Source: Thiotrichaceae bacterium
GTDB taxonomy: Bacteria; Pseudomonadota; Gammaproteobacteria; Thiotrichales; Thiotrichaceae
DNA length: 31,914 nt
Reading direction: 5' to 3'
Assembly (NCBI GenBank): GCA_023144895.1
Contig: JAGLEV010000011.1
Coordinates: forward strand, 1-31,914
The first letter of the stretch is position 1. Every line of letters starts with the position of its first letter. The notes below the pieces were generated by a model that saw nothing but the letters and a program-made list of their open reading frames with translations, did no database searches and was not told where the DNA came from. The position numbers were made by a program, and so were the translations under genes. Positions 16,444-25,543 of the stretch are shown in pieces.

Positions 16444-16953
16444 ATGTCAAAAATAGGGCAAAAGAATAAACATAAGGGTTTTACTTTAATTGAGGTGATG
16501 ATTGTTGTCGCCATTGTTGGTATTTTAGTCGCCATTGCTTATCCCAATTACTCCAATCATGTGATGAAATCAAAGCGTATCGAAGCCATGAGTGAATTAA
16601 TGCATATGGCTCAATTACAAGAGAAGTTTTTTAGTCAGAATCTAAAGTATGCGTATGATTTCGAAGCGCTTTATGGTACTACTGCCTCAGGGGCTTCTGC
16701 AGGGGCTGCTGCTTCAGGGACAACCGTCGATACAGATAATCAATTATATAAGATCTCATTGGTTGCAACAATGGCCTCTAGTTCTGCTTGTAATTTAGGA
16801 TCAAACTGTATTGGATATACCTTAAAAGCGACAGCTAATTCTACAAAGCAACAATCAAACGATACGACTTGCAATACCTTTACCATTGCCCACACAGGAG
16901 CAAGAACGGCAAAAACGTTATTGGCGGCTGATAGTACGAATGACTGTTGGTAA
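16444..16953 (+). CDS. Type IV pilin (class III prepilin signal)
   Basis: Prepilin leader ending ...KG|FTLIEVMIVVAIVGILVAIAYPNY (G-1, F+1, E+5), about 169 aa, with two Cys pairs including a C-terminal disulfide loop (C...DCW). The leader is unusually long at 12 aa. Confidence 0.85.
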   Translation: MSKIGQKNKHKGFTLIEVMIVVAIVGILVAIAYPNYSNHVMKSKRIEAMSELMHMAQLQEKFFSQNLKYAYDFEALYGTTASGASAGAAASGTTVDTDNQLYKISLVATMASSSACNLGSNCIGYTLKATANSTKQQSNDTTCNTFTIAHTGARTAKTLLAADSTNDCW

Positions 16954-16991
16954 GTATTGACTAAAAATCAGTAGGTTCATTCATTACAATC

Positions 16992-18593
16992 TCATAAAGC
17001 CCACTGAATCTTAAACAATGCTCCACCCAAGTCAGAATGATGAATACTAATATCACCCTGATGTCCTTGCACAATACGTTTAACAATAGCCAGCCCTAGA
17101 CCAAATCCTCCTGAGCTACGGTTTCGGCTGTCATCGATTCTTGTAAAAGCATCAAAGAGTTTTTTACGCTCTTTCTCTTCAATGCCATCACCATCATCTT
17201 CCACTGTTAATTGATAATGGGTTGTTGTTTTGGTAAGGCTAACAAGCACCATGCTATCAGCATAGCGTAGTGCATTTTGAACAAGATTGTCCATCGCACG
17301 AGACATTAAGCGTGGTTCAAAGTGTACAATTTCATCTTCACTAATATGCGTTATTTGGGCTTTCAATTGCTTATTTTTAGCCAGAGGCTGTAGGCGTTCT
17401 AAGCTATGATCAAACCAATGTTGTAGGTTTTGAGCTTGAAACTTAATCTGGTGGCTATGTTGATCAAAACGAGCATAAGTCAATAGCTCGCTGAGCAGTA
17501 AATCCAGTTCATCAATATCGGTATTGATGTCATTAATATAACGCTCTTGATTCTTTTTATTGTCACAGTCAATCATCATCTCCAAAGAAAAACGCATACG
17601 TGCAACAGGAGTTCTTAGTTCGTGAGAAACCGCTGAAGTGAGTTCTTTTTGGGCATCAATACTGTGCTGGGTTTGTTTTGCCATTAAATTGAAAGCTTGG
17701 GATATTTGGGCAATCCGTGCATATTTTGAATGGGGAACACGGGTATCATATTGACCTGCACCAAAGTGTTCTGCTGCTGTTTTAAGTTGTGATAAATCAC
17801 GCCACAAAGGGTAAACCCAAATAAAGCTAGCAATGGCAATGAATAAGGCTAAAATAAATAAAAGGATGTAGGGAATATTATATATCAGCCATGGGATTTC
17901 CCCTGATTCCAAGATCAAAATATCAGAGGATGTTTTTAACTGGCGGGCAAAAACAATTTGCTGTTGACCTTGTGTAATATTCTTCACCTCATTCTGTTTT
18001 AAGGCAATACGGTCTTCATTGCTAATATCTAAATTGGCTAATTTTTCAATTCTTAGTGGGTAGATATGTAGCTTTTGTAATGCTTGTAGCTTCTCTAAAC
18101 GGGCATTAATAGGCACTGTTGATAGTGTATCTTCTACTAAATAAAACATCCCATTAATGAATTTTCCAGCCGTTATTTCTACGGTAAAAAAATTCATATT
18201 CAGCGAAAAATCTGTAGGGCTACGCCAGACTAAGTTAGAATTAGGCAGTTTTCGGTAGAGAAAATCTTCTACTTCATTAACAATAGAAACGGCTTTTCCT
18301 TGGTTTAGGCGTTGACGCTCTTTAGGAGTGAGTTTAATTTGATGGCTTTCAATAAGGTCAAATAAGATGGGAAAATGCTGTTGGTGTTGTGCTACTTTTT
18401 GGCGAATCTTTTGTTGATTAATACCTTCAACGGACTGATCTAACAAATTAAACATACCCTGAAATATCTTGTCCTCTATATCTCCGTTATCAAAGTGGTC
18501 GACGATTTTATCAGACAGTGTTTCGACAGTAACGATTACCGCAATAAAGGTAATAAATAAGGTAAGGTAAAGTGTAATAAAAAATTTAATCAT
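16992..18593 (-). CDS. Sensor histidine kinase (two TM, periplasmic sensor, HAMP, HisKA, HATPase_c)
   Basis: 533 aa. H-box 'SHELRTPVARM', N-box 'LVQNALRYA', G1 'VEDDGDGI', G2 'GGFGLGLAIV'. Overlaps the upstream regulator gene by 8 nt. Confidence 0.9.
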   Translation of the reverse strand: MIKFFITLYLTLFITFIAVIVTVETLSDKIVDHFDNGDIEDKIFQGMFNLLDQSVEGINQQKIRQKVAQHQQHFPILFDLIESHQIKLTPKERQRLNQGKAVSIVNEVEDFLYRKLPNSNLVWRSPTDFSLNMNFFTVEITAGKFINGMFYLVEDTLSTVPINARLEKLQALQKLHIYPLRIEKLANLDISNEDRIALKQNEVKNITQGQQQIVFARQLKTSSDILILESGEIPWLIYNIPYILLFILALFIAIASFIWVYPLWRDLSQLKTAAEHFGAGQYDTRVPHSKYARIAQISQAFNLMAKQTQHSIDAQKELTSAVSHELRTPVARMRFSLEMMIDCDNKKNQERYINDINTDIDELDLLLSELLTYARFDQHSHQIKFQAQNLQHWFDHSLERLQPLAKNKQLKAQITHISEDEIVHFEPRLMSRAMDNLVQNALRYADSMVLVSLTKTTTHYQLTVEDDGDGIEEKERKKLFDAFTRIDDSRNRSSGGFGLGLAIVKRIVQGHQGDISIHHSDLGGALFKIQWAL

Positions 18594-19347
18594 CTTGTTC
18601 CCATCCTGTTGTCACGAATAAATATCCTTTTCCACGGACTGTTTTAATTCCCTTGGGATCACTGGGCTCTACTTCTAAGAGTTTGCGTAAACGTGAAATA
18701 CGAATATCAACTGAGCGATCTAAACCATCGTATTCAATGCCTGAAAGTGCACTAAAAATGACATCCCGACTAAGAATTTCACCCGCATGAGTAGCGAGAA
18801 ACCATAATAAATCAAACTCTATTGTTGTCAGTGTGATGGCTTGTTGATGTAGTGTTACTGTACGTTCACTGTCATTGATTTTTAGCGCACCAAAGTGATA
18901 TTGTTTTTGAGGTGTTGAACTTGCTATTGTGGTAACTTTTGTCGTTTGTGATCGGCGTAATAAACTACGAATACGTGCTAATAAAATGCGGGGTTGCACG
19001 GGCTTTATAACATAATCATCAGCACCTAACTCTAAGCCTACGATTTGATCAATATCTTCATCTTTTGCGGTCAGCATTAAGATGGGCTTGTTATATTGAG
19101 AGCGTACTTCCTGACATACCGTTAAGCCATCTAAGCCTGGTAGCATTAAATCGAGAATAACCAGATCAGGCTGTAGTGTTAAAATACGCTGTACCGCAGT
19201 ATCGCCTCGGTATTCTACTTCTACTTGTAAGCCTTGTTTTTCTAAGTATTCAGCGATGACTGCTGAGAGACGCTTATCATCTTCGATTAATAAAATGGTG
19301 TGATAGCAGAAGCTTTGTTCTGTTGTAGTGTGCGTTATTTTAGCCAT
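18586..19347 (-). CDS. OmpR-family response regulator
   Basis: Receiver domain (ILLIEDD...LVILDLMLPGLDG...LMLTAKD) plus winged-helix domain (LTTIEFDLLWFLA...RSVDIRISRLRKKL...IKTVRGKGYLF). It carries an N-terminal extension of about 17 aa. Confidence 0.9.
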   Translation of the reverse strand: MAKITHTTTEQSFCYHTILLIEDDKRLSAVIAEYLEKQGLQVEVEYRGDTAVQRILTLQPDLVILDLMLPGLDGLTVCQEVRSQYNKPILMLTAKDEDIDQIVGLELGADDYVIKPVQPRILLARIRSLLRRSQTTKVTTIASSTPQKQYHFGALKINDSERTVTLHQQAITLTTIEFDLLWFLATHAGEILSRDVIFSALSGIEYDGLDRSVDIRISRLRKLLEVEPSDPKGIKTVRGKGYLFVTTGWEQDD

Positions 19348-19534
19348 AGAGAGAGTTTATGCTAATGGGTTTGTAGAACAAGGTGAAAAGTGTTGTTGTT
19401 GTGTAATGTACTATTGATGATCACTACATAACTTTACAATTCAATAACAAAGCTAACACAGACCTTAATCAGTTTTAATCTTATTATAATTCGCAGTAAT
19501 GACATTTTTATTAATTTTTGATGAAGAGAAACTG

Positions 19535-20320
19535 ATGCATATTATAAATACAACAACGGTACGTTTACTGGCTTCTACTTTACTATTTTCAAGCCTTTTT
19601 CCTTTGAGTGCTTCAGCAGAGTGGGGCGTGGGTTTTTCAATGGACAACACGCAATCTATGTATAAGTCAGATACAAAAGGAGATACAGAGATAAAAGGAG
19701 AAATGAGCCCTGATATTTATTACAAAGGGGAGCGAGCTAACCTTGATCAGAATAGCTTCTCCTATTCAGCTATTAAGAAAGATCAATATATTGTTGATGT
19801 ATTAGCCACAACAAAGCGGCGGGGTTATGAGTCAAAGGATAAGAAGATTTTTAATGGAATGAAAACACGTGAACAATCGCTTGATGCTGGTGTGCGTTTA
19901 ACGATGAATACGCCTTATGCACCCGTTAATTTATCGGTAATAGGGGATATTAGTAATACACATAAAGGTCAGGAAGTTGGTTTCTCTGTGGGTGGTATTG
20001 GCAAAGGTAAGAAGTGGAACGGTCAGCGTAGCCTTAATGCAGCAGTAATAGCGGGTGCGAATTGGCAAAGTGAGGAAGTGGTGGATTATTATTATGGTGT
20101 GAAAACATCGGAAGCAAATGCTAATCGCAAAGCGTATCAAGGTAAGGCGGCAGTGACTCCCTTTCTCGGTTTCGAGACTCAGATGCAACTTTCTCCTCAT
20201 TTATCATTACAAGGCAAGGCCCTTTATAAACATTTGCCCAATGAGATTAGTGATAGCTCAATTACCAAAGATAAAAAACAAGACTATGAAGTGGGTCTTA
20301 GTTTATCATATTGGTTTTAA
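19535..20320 (+). CDS. mipA: MipA/OmpV-family outer-membrane protein
   Basis: Signal peptide from the internal Met (MHIINTTTVRLLASTLLFSSLFPLSASA|EW), beta-strand-rich sequence ending in the aromatic C-terminus ...LSLSYWF, about 260 aa. Divergent from the two-component operon. The longest ORF starts at 19499. Confidence 0.75.
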   Translation: MHIINTTTVRLLASTLLFSSLFPLSASAEWGVGFSMDNTQSMYKSDTKGDTEIKGEMSPDIYYKGERANLDQNSFSYSAIKKDQYIVDVLATTKRRGYESKDKKIFNGMKTREQSLDAGVRLTMNTPYAPVNLSVIGDISNTHKGQEVGFSVGGIGKGKKWNGQRSLNAAVIAGANWQSEEVVDYYYGVKTSEANANRKAYQGKAAVTPFLGFETQMQLSPHLSLQGKALYKHLPNEISDSSITKDKKQDYEVGLSLSYWF

Positions 20321-20369
20321 AATAAGGGCGTAGCTGAGGTTATAAAGTCAGTGAGGTAGAGATTATTCC

Positions 20370-22058
20370 TTAAAGCGGTTGTGTTACAGGAAGTTCAAGT
20401 TCTTGCTGCCATTCCATCCACTTCTTTAGCTGTTCGTTTTCAATATCATATTGACTTAATACGGTGGTAGCAATATCGAGTCCTTTAGGAAAGCTTTGTT
20501 CAATGACTGCCTGCATTCCAAGGGCAGAAAATTGTTCTCGTTGCGCCATATTTTCCACCGAAATCAGCAGTGATAAATTGGGATAACGTGCTTTAACAAT
20601 AGGCGCTAGCTCGCGAGCCATAGCATAATCTGCAAAGGTGACAACAATCATTTTTGCATGAGCAAATTTAATTGTATCCATTAAACGCAGGTCGGTAGCA
20701 TCACCAAAGCCGACTAAATAGCCATTAGTGCAAGCATTGACAAAGCAATCGTGATCCACCTCGATTCCTCGATAGCTAATATCATAGTTTGTCAGTCCAT
20801 CGGCAACTCTTTGTCCGACTGGACCCATACCAATAATGATCACCGATGCCTCGCTATGATCAATGCTAGCGGGGTCATGTCCATCTTCCCAGTTTTTATC
20901 GGCTTGGTGTCTGGAGATTTTTTTACCTAGCGCAACAATCACGGGGGTGAAGACCATGCTCGTTGCAACAGCAATAATCAGTACAGAGGCTTTCTCACTT
21001 CCAAGGGCATTTTGCAAGGCTGGCATGGCGAAGATAACAAAAGCGAACTCACTACCTTGGGAGAGTAAAATTCCCATGGAAAAGGAGTGGCTAGGAGGTA
21101 TTTTGAGCAATCGGGCAGCGGTGTAAATAAGTACCATTTTAATTAACATTAATGTGATAGCAATACTCAGGATTTGCCACCATTGGTCAATAATCACCTG
21201 AGTATCCAGTGACATGCCGACGGTAATAAAGAAAAAGCCTAATAGCAAGCCTCTAAAGGGAGTGATTTCTGTTTGGATTAAATGGCGATAGGGGGTTTCT
21301 GAAATAATCATTCCAGCAAGAAATGCTCCCAGTGTTAGGGATAAACCAAGGACTCCTGTTGCTGAGGCTGTTGTCAGAACAATGAGTAAAGCAACAGCAG
21401 TAAATATCTCATTATCTTTTAATCGTGCGATTAATTTAAACAAGGGACCAATGAGGAAGCGACCAATGAGAATGGCGGTAATAAAGGCGGCTAATGCCTT
21501 GAGTGCGGCAAATCCAATAGCACTGCTGATACTCGTGCTAGGGTCTTCCATTGAATGTGCGAGAATTAATAAGAAAATAGCACAAATATCTTGGAAAATG
21601 AGTACCGCTGTTGAAGAGATGGCAACAGGGCAGTGGCTTTGATTTTGATCAGCAAGGATTTGGGCAACAACAGCGGTGGAAGAGAGTGCTAAGGTTGTAC
21701 CAATAACAATTGAAATATCAGTATCTAATCCCATCATCAAAGCAATAAGAGCAAAGCCAGCCGTACAGAAAATAATTTGTAAAGGACCTAGCCCTAGAAT
21801 GTCTTTACGTGCATCCCAGATATGCCCAAGTGAAAAGTGTAAACCAATATCAAAGAGCAGGAAAACCACACCTAATTCAGCCAGCAAATGTGTTGTATGG
21901 TCTGCTTCAATCCAGCCAAAACCATGCGTGCCAATAATCATTCCTGCAATAAGGTAGCCAACAATGGGGCTCATTTTAAGCGGTCTGGTAATGGCAATCG
22001 CTAAGACACTAACAAAGAGGATGATGATAACGGGCAAAAGGGTGTGCAATGCTTCCAT
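20370..22058 (-). CDS. kefB: CPA2-family K+ efflux antiporter with C-terminal RCK/TrkA-N domain (KefB/KefC-like)
   Basis: 562 aa. About 12 TM Na+/H+-exchanger domain, then a Rossmann RCK domain ('VIIIGMGPVGQRVADGL'). Confidence 0.8.
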   Translation of the reverse strand: MEALHTLLPVIIILFVSVLAIAITRPLKMSPIVGYLIAGMIIGTHGFGWIEADHTTHLLAELGVVFLLFDIGLHFSLGHIWDARKDILGLGPLQIIFCTAGFALIALMMGLDTDISIVIGTTLALSSTAVVAQILADQNQSHCPVAISSTAVLIFQDICAIFLLILAHSMEDPSTSISSAIGFAALKALAAFITAILIGRFLIGPLFKLIARLKDNEIFTAVALLIVLTTASATGVLGLSLTLGAFLAGMIISETPYRHLIQTEITPFRGLLLGFFFITVGMSLDTQVIIDQWWQILSIAITLMLIKMVLIYTAARLLKIPPSHSFSMGILLSQGSEFAFVIFAMPALQNALGSEKASVLIIAVATSMVFTPVIVALGKKISRHQADKNWEDGHDPASIDHSEASVIIIGMGPVGQRVADGLTNYDISYRGIEVDHDCFVNACTNGYLVGFGDATDLRLMDTIKFAHAKMIVVTFADYAMARELAPIVKARYPNLSLLISVENMAQREQFSALGMQAVIEQSFPKGLDIATTVLSQYDIENEQLKKWMEWQQELELPVTQPL

Positions 22059-22441
22059 AATGGCTTATTCGCTTCCTATTTGTCTGAAGTCTGGTGGAGG
22101 ATGTTTGTTAGAAATAAAAGAATCTGGCTATGTTCAAGCTTTTATGAAATCAGTTTGCGACCTTCTAAAAAGAGTTCGGAAAATAATTATGGCTAACCAT
22201 AGCAATATTGGCTAAGAAATGCCAAAAACCCTAATGATATTTTTTTAAACACATTCTTTATCGGGAGTTCGCATTAGATTTTAGCTTGAGATTGATAGCC
22301 CTCTGTGCGATTGACAGAGGCAAGGGGAACAGCGGATATTTGATGAAAGGCTGGAAAGTGCTTTTTGAGGTAATTCAACCAGACAAATCAGTGTAATATC
22401 AGTGGCTGAATTGTAAATTTTTTAGCAATCAGATGAATGAA

Positions 22442-23209
22442 CTAGATAATAAACTTTCGAAATAATAGATTCATATTTTCATAATTCGTTGATGGAGCAT
22501 AAAGATTATCAGTATCATTCGATAAGCGTTCTATTTCATCACGAATAAACTGATTAATACTTTTAATTGAGGAGGATGTTTTTGATTCAAAACCTACTTT
22601 TTTGCGCTCAATCAGCGCGGCAATATCCTCTTTTAGCTGTCCTTCAGGAATGAGCTTATTAACCATAACATCGAATTCAAGAGGGACAATGCCAAGGTCT
22701 TTTTCCAGCCATTGCATTGCTAACAAAGGACGCAATACATAAAAGTACTTTTTGATTTGTACTTGCTCACTTTTTAGGTATTGGCGGTTGTTCTTTTTTG
22801 CCATATGAAAATAGTGATAAAAACAGGCTTTCGGTGAATAGTGCTGTTTCATTAAGTCTTTCATCGCATGAGTGAACTCATTATCTTGTCGATAAATAAT
22901 TGATGAGCTGAGCCATTCCATTAGTGCAGGGTTAGATTTTTTCATTAATTTTAATGATTTACGCAAATCCCAGCCATTAATATCAAATACCTCATCAACG
23001 GGTAGTTCAATCACATCACGCTGACTCTCAGCATTGACACTTAAATACCAATCACGTTGATTAGCATAAATAAAGCGTACATCATAATCACTATCTTGAG
23101 ATTCAAAACCCCATGCACGACTACCCGACTCACAGGCATAGAGAATTTTTACTGAGTGATCGATTTCTATTTGATCCAGTTTACTTTGTATTGCTGAGAT
23201 TATATTCAT
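22442..23209 (-). CDS. Small Pol-beta-superfamily nucleotidyltransferase (RtcB-operon-associated type)
   Basis: 255 aa. N-terminal NTase signature 'LYACESGSRAWGFESQDSDYDVRFIY' (GS...D.D). It lies downstream of rtcB and an SPFH gene on the same strand. Confidence 0.55.
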   Translation of the reverse strand: MNIISAIQSKLDQIEIDHSVKILYACESGSRAWGFESQDSDYDVRFIYANQRDWYLSVNAESQRDVIELPVDEVFDINGWDLRKSLKLMKKSNPALMEWLSSSIIYRQDNEFTHAMKDLMKQHYSPKACFYHYFHMAKKNNRQYLKSEQVQIKKYFYVLRPLLAMQWLEKDLGIVPLEFDVMVNKLIPEGQLKEDIAALIERKKVGFESKTSSSIKSINQFIRDEIERLSNDTDNLYAPSTNYENMNLLFRKFII

Positions 23210-23264
23210 CGCTCTTTGCTCATATAAAAGTGAGACTTAAAAAATAAAGTCCCACCTTTTTTTA

Positions 23265-24842
23265 TTATTTTAAACGTACCATGTCATTCATCATGCCATC
23301 AATACCACCATAGACATTTAGCGTATTGACATCACTAATGACACGCTCTAGAACTTCCAGTTCTTTTAGGCGCAATAGTGTTGGATTACCTTCCATCATC
23401 TTGGCTGTATTATGCAGTGAACGAGTGGCTTGTGTCTCTTCTCTACGACGAATCAAGTTAGCTTCAGCAATCTTTTGTGCTTCAACAACTTGCTCCAGAA
23501 TCTCCTTCATTTCACCAGGAAGAATAATATCCTTAACACCCGTGGATTGTAGCTCAATACCAAAATCAGAAACTTTATCTACAACGATATCAAGTACATC
23601 TTTATTGAGAAGATTCTTATCCTCAAGTAATTCATCTAAGCTACGAGTGCTAACAACAGCACGTAATGCGAGCTGAAGTTCACGGTACAAGTAGTCCTCA
23701 TGGTCGGCGAGCTTTCTTTCTACTGTTTCAGCATCTGTAACTTGCCATGTAGCGGATAGGTTAATACGCAGACTGACTCGATCCTTAGTTAAAATTTCCT
23801 GACCATTGACCGCCATATTTTGTAGGCGCATATCAAGGTGTTTAATCGTGATGTTACGATTAAACTTCCACCATGAGTAAGCACCTGCCGTTAGCATTTG
23901 CTCTAACTTGCCATCAATCCATAGAAAACCGACATGATTTTCAGTAATTTCAGTATGACAAACACAATCGCTGACCGAAGAACCTAATAGGGATTCTCGT
24001 GGTAGGCGCAACTGTCGAGCAAGTGTTTTATCAATGGCAAGTTGTGCTGTATCCTCAATATTCAGCTTTCTCACTTCTAATAGACGCTTACTTTTCCAGT
24101 ACATACCTTGCTGCCCTGGTGATAGAATATCGCGCAGTACATTATTTTCATAAACCAGACCTACCTCATTATCCGCCGTTGTCCAGTGCATAACATGGTC
24201 TTCAAATAGTGCCATATGTTGTTCAACTAATTGTAATAGGCGTGAGTTTGTTCCAATGCTTAATGGGTCATCTATTGCAATTTTTTCCAGTGTTAGCGCC
24301 TTCGACTGATCCCAAAAACGATAATGTCCATGGTTCAATACTTGTATCAATTGATCATTGCAAAACAATAGTGCACGTTTATCCATCGCTAAAGTAAAAG
24401 TACGAGTATGTTGCTCTACCTTGTGTAGGGCATGTGTTGTGCGAATTTCTTGATCAACATGACTAGGCAAACAAGGTTGCTCATCCACATTTTGTTTGAT
24501 GACCTTTAGCTTAGAAAGTGCTTTCCATAGGGCAAATTCACTAGATTCTGGAATAATATGAACAAGTTTATCATTTTGATAGATCAGTGCAATTTCACCT
24601 TTTCCAGAGCTAACGACTTGTAAATCATTAGCAAACTGTTCTGGATAAAGCTCCATGAGTTGTTGTAATCTTTTATCAATCACGATACCGACAGATTCCG
24701 TCATATCGTATACTTTTGCTTCAATAGGCGATAGGCCCCAAAAATGATGTTCGCCAGCCCCTAGAATCCTGTGAAACTGCTTTTTCTTAAAGAATAAAGC
24801 ACGTTGAGTGTCAGATAGTATCAATTTTTCAGTGATAAACAT
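23265..24842 (-). CDS. SPFH/band-7 (stomatin/prohibitin-like) domain protein with a repeat-containing N-terminal extension
   Basis: 525 aa. The C-terminal about 130 aa is a clear SPFH core ('GIELQSTGVKDIILPGEMKEILEQVVEAQKIAEANLIRRREETQATRSL...GNPTLLRLKELEVLERV'). The N-terminal about 390 aa holds 4-5 degenerate repeats of a beta-hairpin-like motif (N/D-(D/K)-x-L-x-x-h-L-x-x-G-x-(H/Y)-x-F/W-W). Confidence 0.7.
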   Translation of the reverse strand: MFITEKLILSDTQRALFFKKKQFHRILGAGEHHFWGLSPIEAKVYDMTESVGIVIDKRLQQLMELYPEQFANDLQVVSSGKGEIALIYQNDKLVHIIPESSEFALWKALSKLKVIKQNVDEQPCLPSHVDQEIRTTHALHKVEQHTRTFTLAMDKRALLFCNDQLIQVLNHGHYRFWDQSKALTLEKIAIDDPLSIGTNSRLLQLVEQHMALFEDHVMHWTTADNEVGLVYENNVLRDILSPGQQGMYWKSKRLLEVRKLNIEDTAQLAIDKTLARQLRLPRESLLGSSVSDCVCHTEITENHVGFLWIDGKLEQMLTAGAYSWWKFNRNITIKHLDMRLQNMAVNGQEILTKDRVSLRINLSATWQVTDAETVERKLADHEDYLYRELQLALRAVVSTRSLDELLEDKNLLNKDVLDIVVDKVSDFGIELQSTGVKDIILPGEMKEILEQVVEAQKIAEANLIRRREETQATRSLHNTAKMMEGNPTLLRLKELEVLERVISDVNTLNVYGGIDGMMNDMVRLK

Positions 24843-25357
24843 GATTTTTCTCCTTGGTCATGTTGATAATTGTTAATGAGGCTTCTGCCACATTTTAAAA
24901 TAGGGAGGAATGACCTTCACATTCATCGCTGTCTGTTAGCTTGTACGAATAAGAAATCAGTACTGCCACCTTGCGAGTACACTCTATAACGTGCACTGTT
25001 TAGGCTTATAGAGACTGATCGGTTATTCGCAAACCCACTCACTAAGAGCGGTAAATGCTGACTAATCCAGTAACAAACAATATTGGCAACGGTAAACACT
25101 AAAAGCTTGTTTACGATTGACCCTATTGATTATCGCTAGCATCGTCTGAAAGTCATCCCAAGGTTATGTGATGTTAGTCACGCGTCTTTTAAGGACGTTG
25201 CTCCATTTTTTTTAGAGATCAAGCATTCTCTCCTGGTTGTGTCAGTGAAGACACTTAAATGATCGGGGAAGGATCAGTTATCGTCGAGTGGATTTGCACC
25301 ACCTTCCTATAGATTATTGAATCTATCGCTCTTCTGTCTGAGCCGCTAACGACATGT

Positions 25358-25382
25358 TGCCTCTTGTCGAGGCAGGTTTTTT
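25358..25382 (+). terminator. Rho-independent terminator-like hairpin (plus-strand orientation) inside the noncoding block
   Basis: TGCCTC-ttgtc-GAGGCA followed by GGTTTTTT. There is no annotated plus-strand gene upstream, so it may terminate an unannotated RNA. Confidence 0.4.
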
Positions 25383-25543
25383 ACCTAAAAACACATGATG
25401 AATAGGTACATAGCGAGATAGAATCTCTTATGCCAGACAGGTATATCGAACCTGTTATTGCTTATTACATCAAGGTTATTAGGTAAATTAGGTTGGGGAA
25501 ATAGGCTACCTATTTCCCAAAATTTTATAGTGATATCGCATAT

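Noticed and set aside
21382-22215. Plus-strand ORFs of 83-93 aa (21382-21642, 21676-21957, 21964-22215) within and upstream of kefB
   Set aside because: The first two are antisense to the well-supported CPA2 transporter gene. The third spans the kefB promoter or leader with no RBS and a Cys/Met-rich odd composition.
22290-22325. 7-bp inverted repeat CCTCTGT-gcgattg-ACAGAGG between the NTase gene and kefB
   Set aside because: A short stem with no flanking U-tract on either strand. It could be a weak terminator or operator, but the evidence is insufficient to list as a feature.
23265-24842. The 525-aa protein next to rtcB as Rsr/Ro60, which pairs with Y RNA in rtc loci and is of similar size
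   Set aside because: The sequence shows an SPFH/band-7 core and no TROVE/HEAT repeats or vWA MIDAS motif (DxSxS). I do not call Rsr.
24843-25543. tRNA gene in the GC-richer noncoding block
   Set aside because: I could not assemble a cloverleaf with a GTTC-type T-loop and matching acceptor stem by eye. I treat the block only as a candidate structured-RNA region pending covariance-model search.
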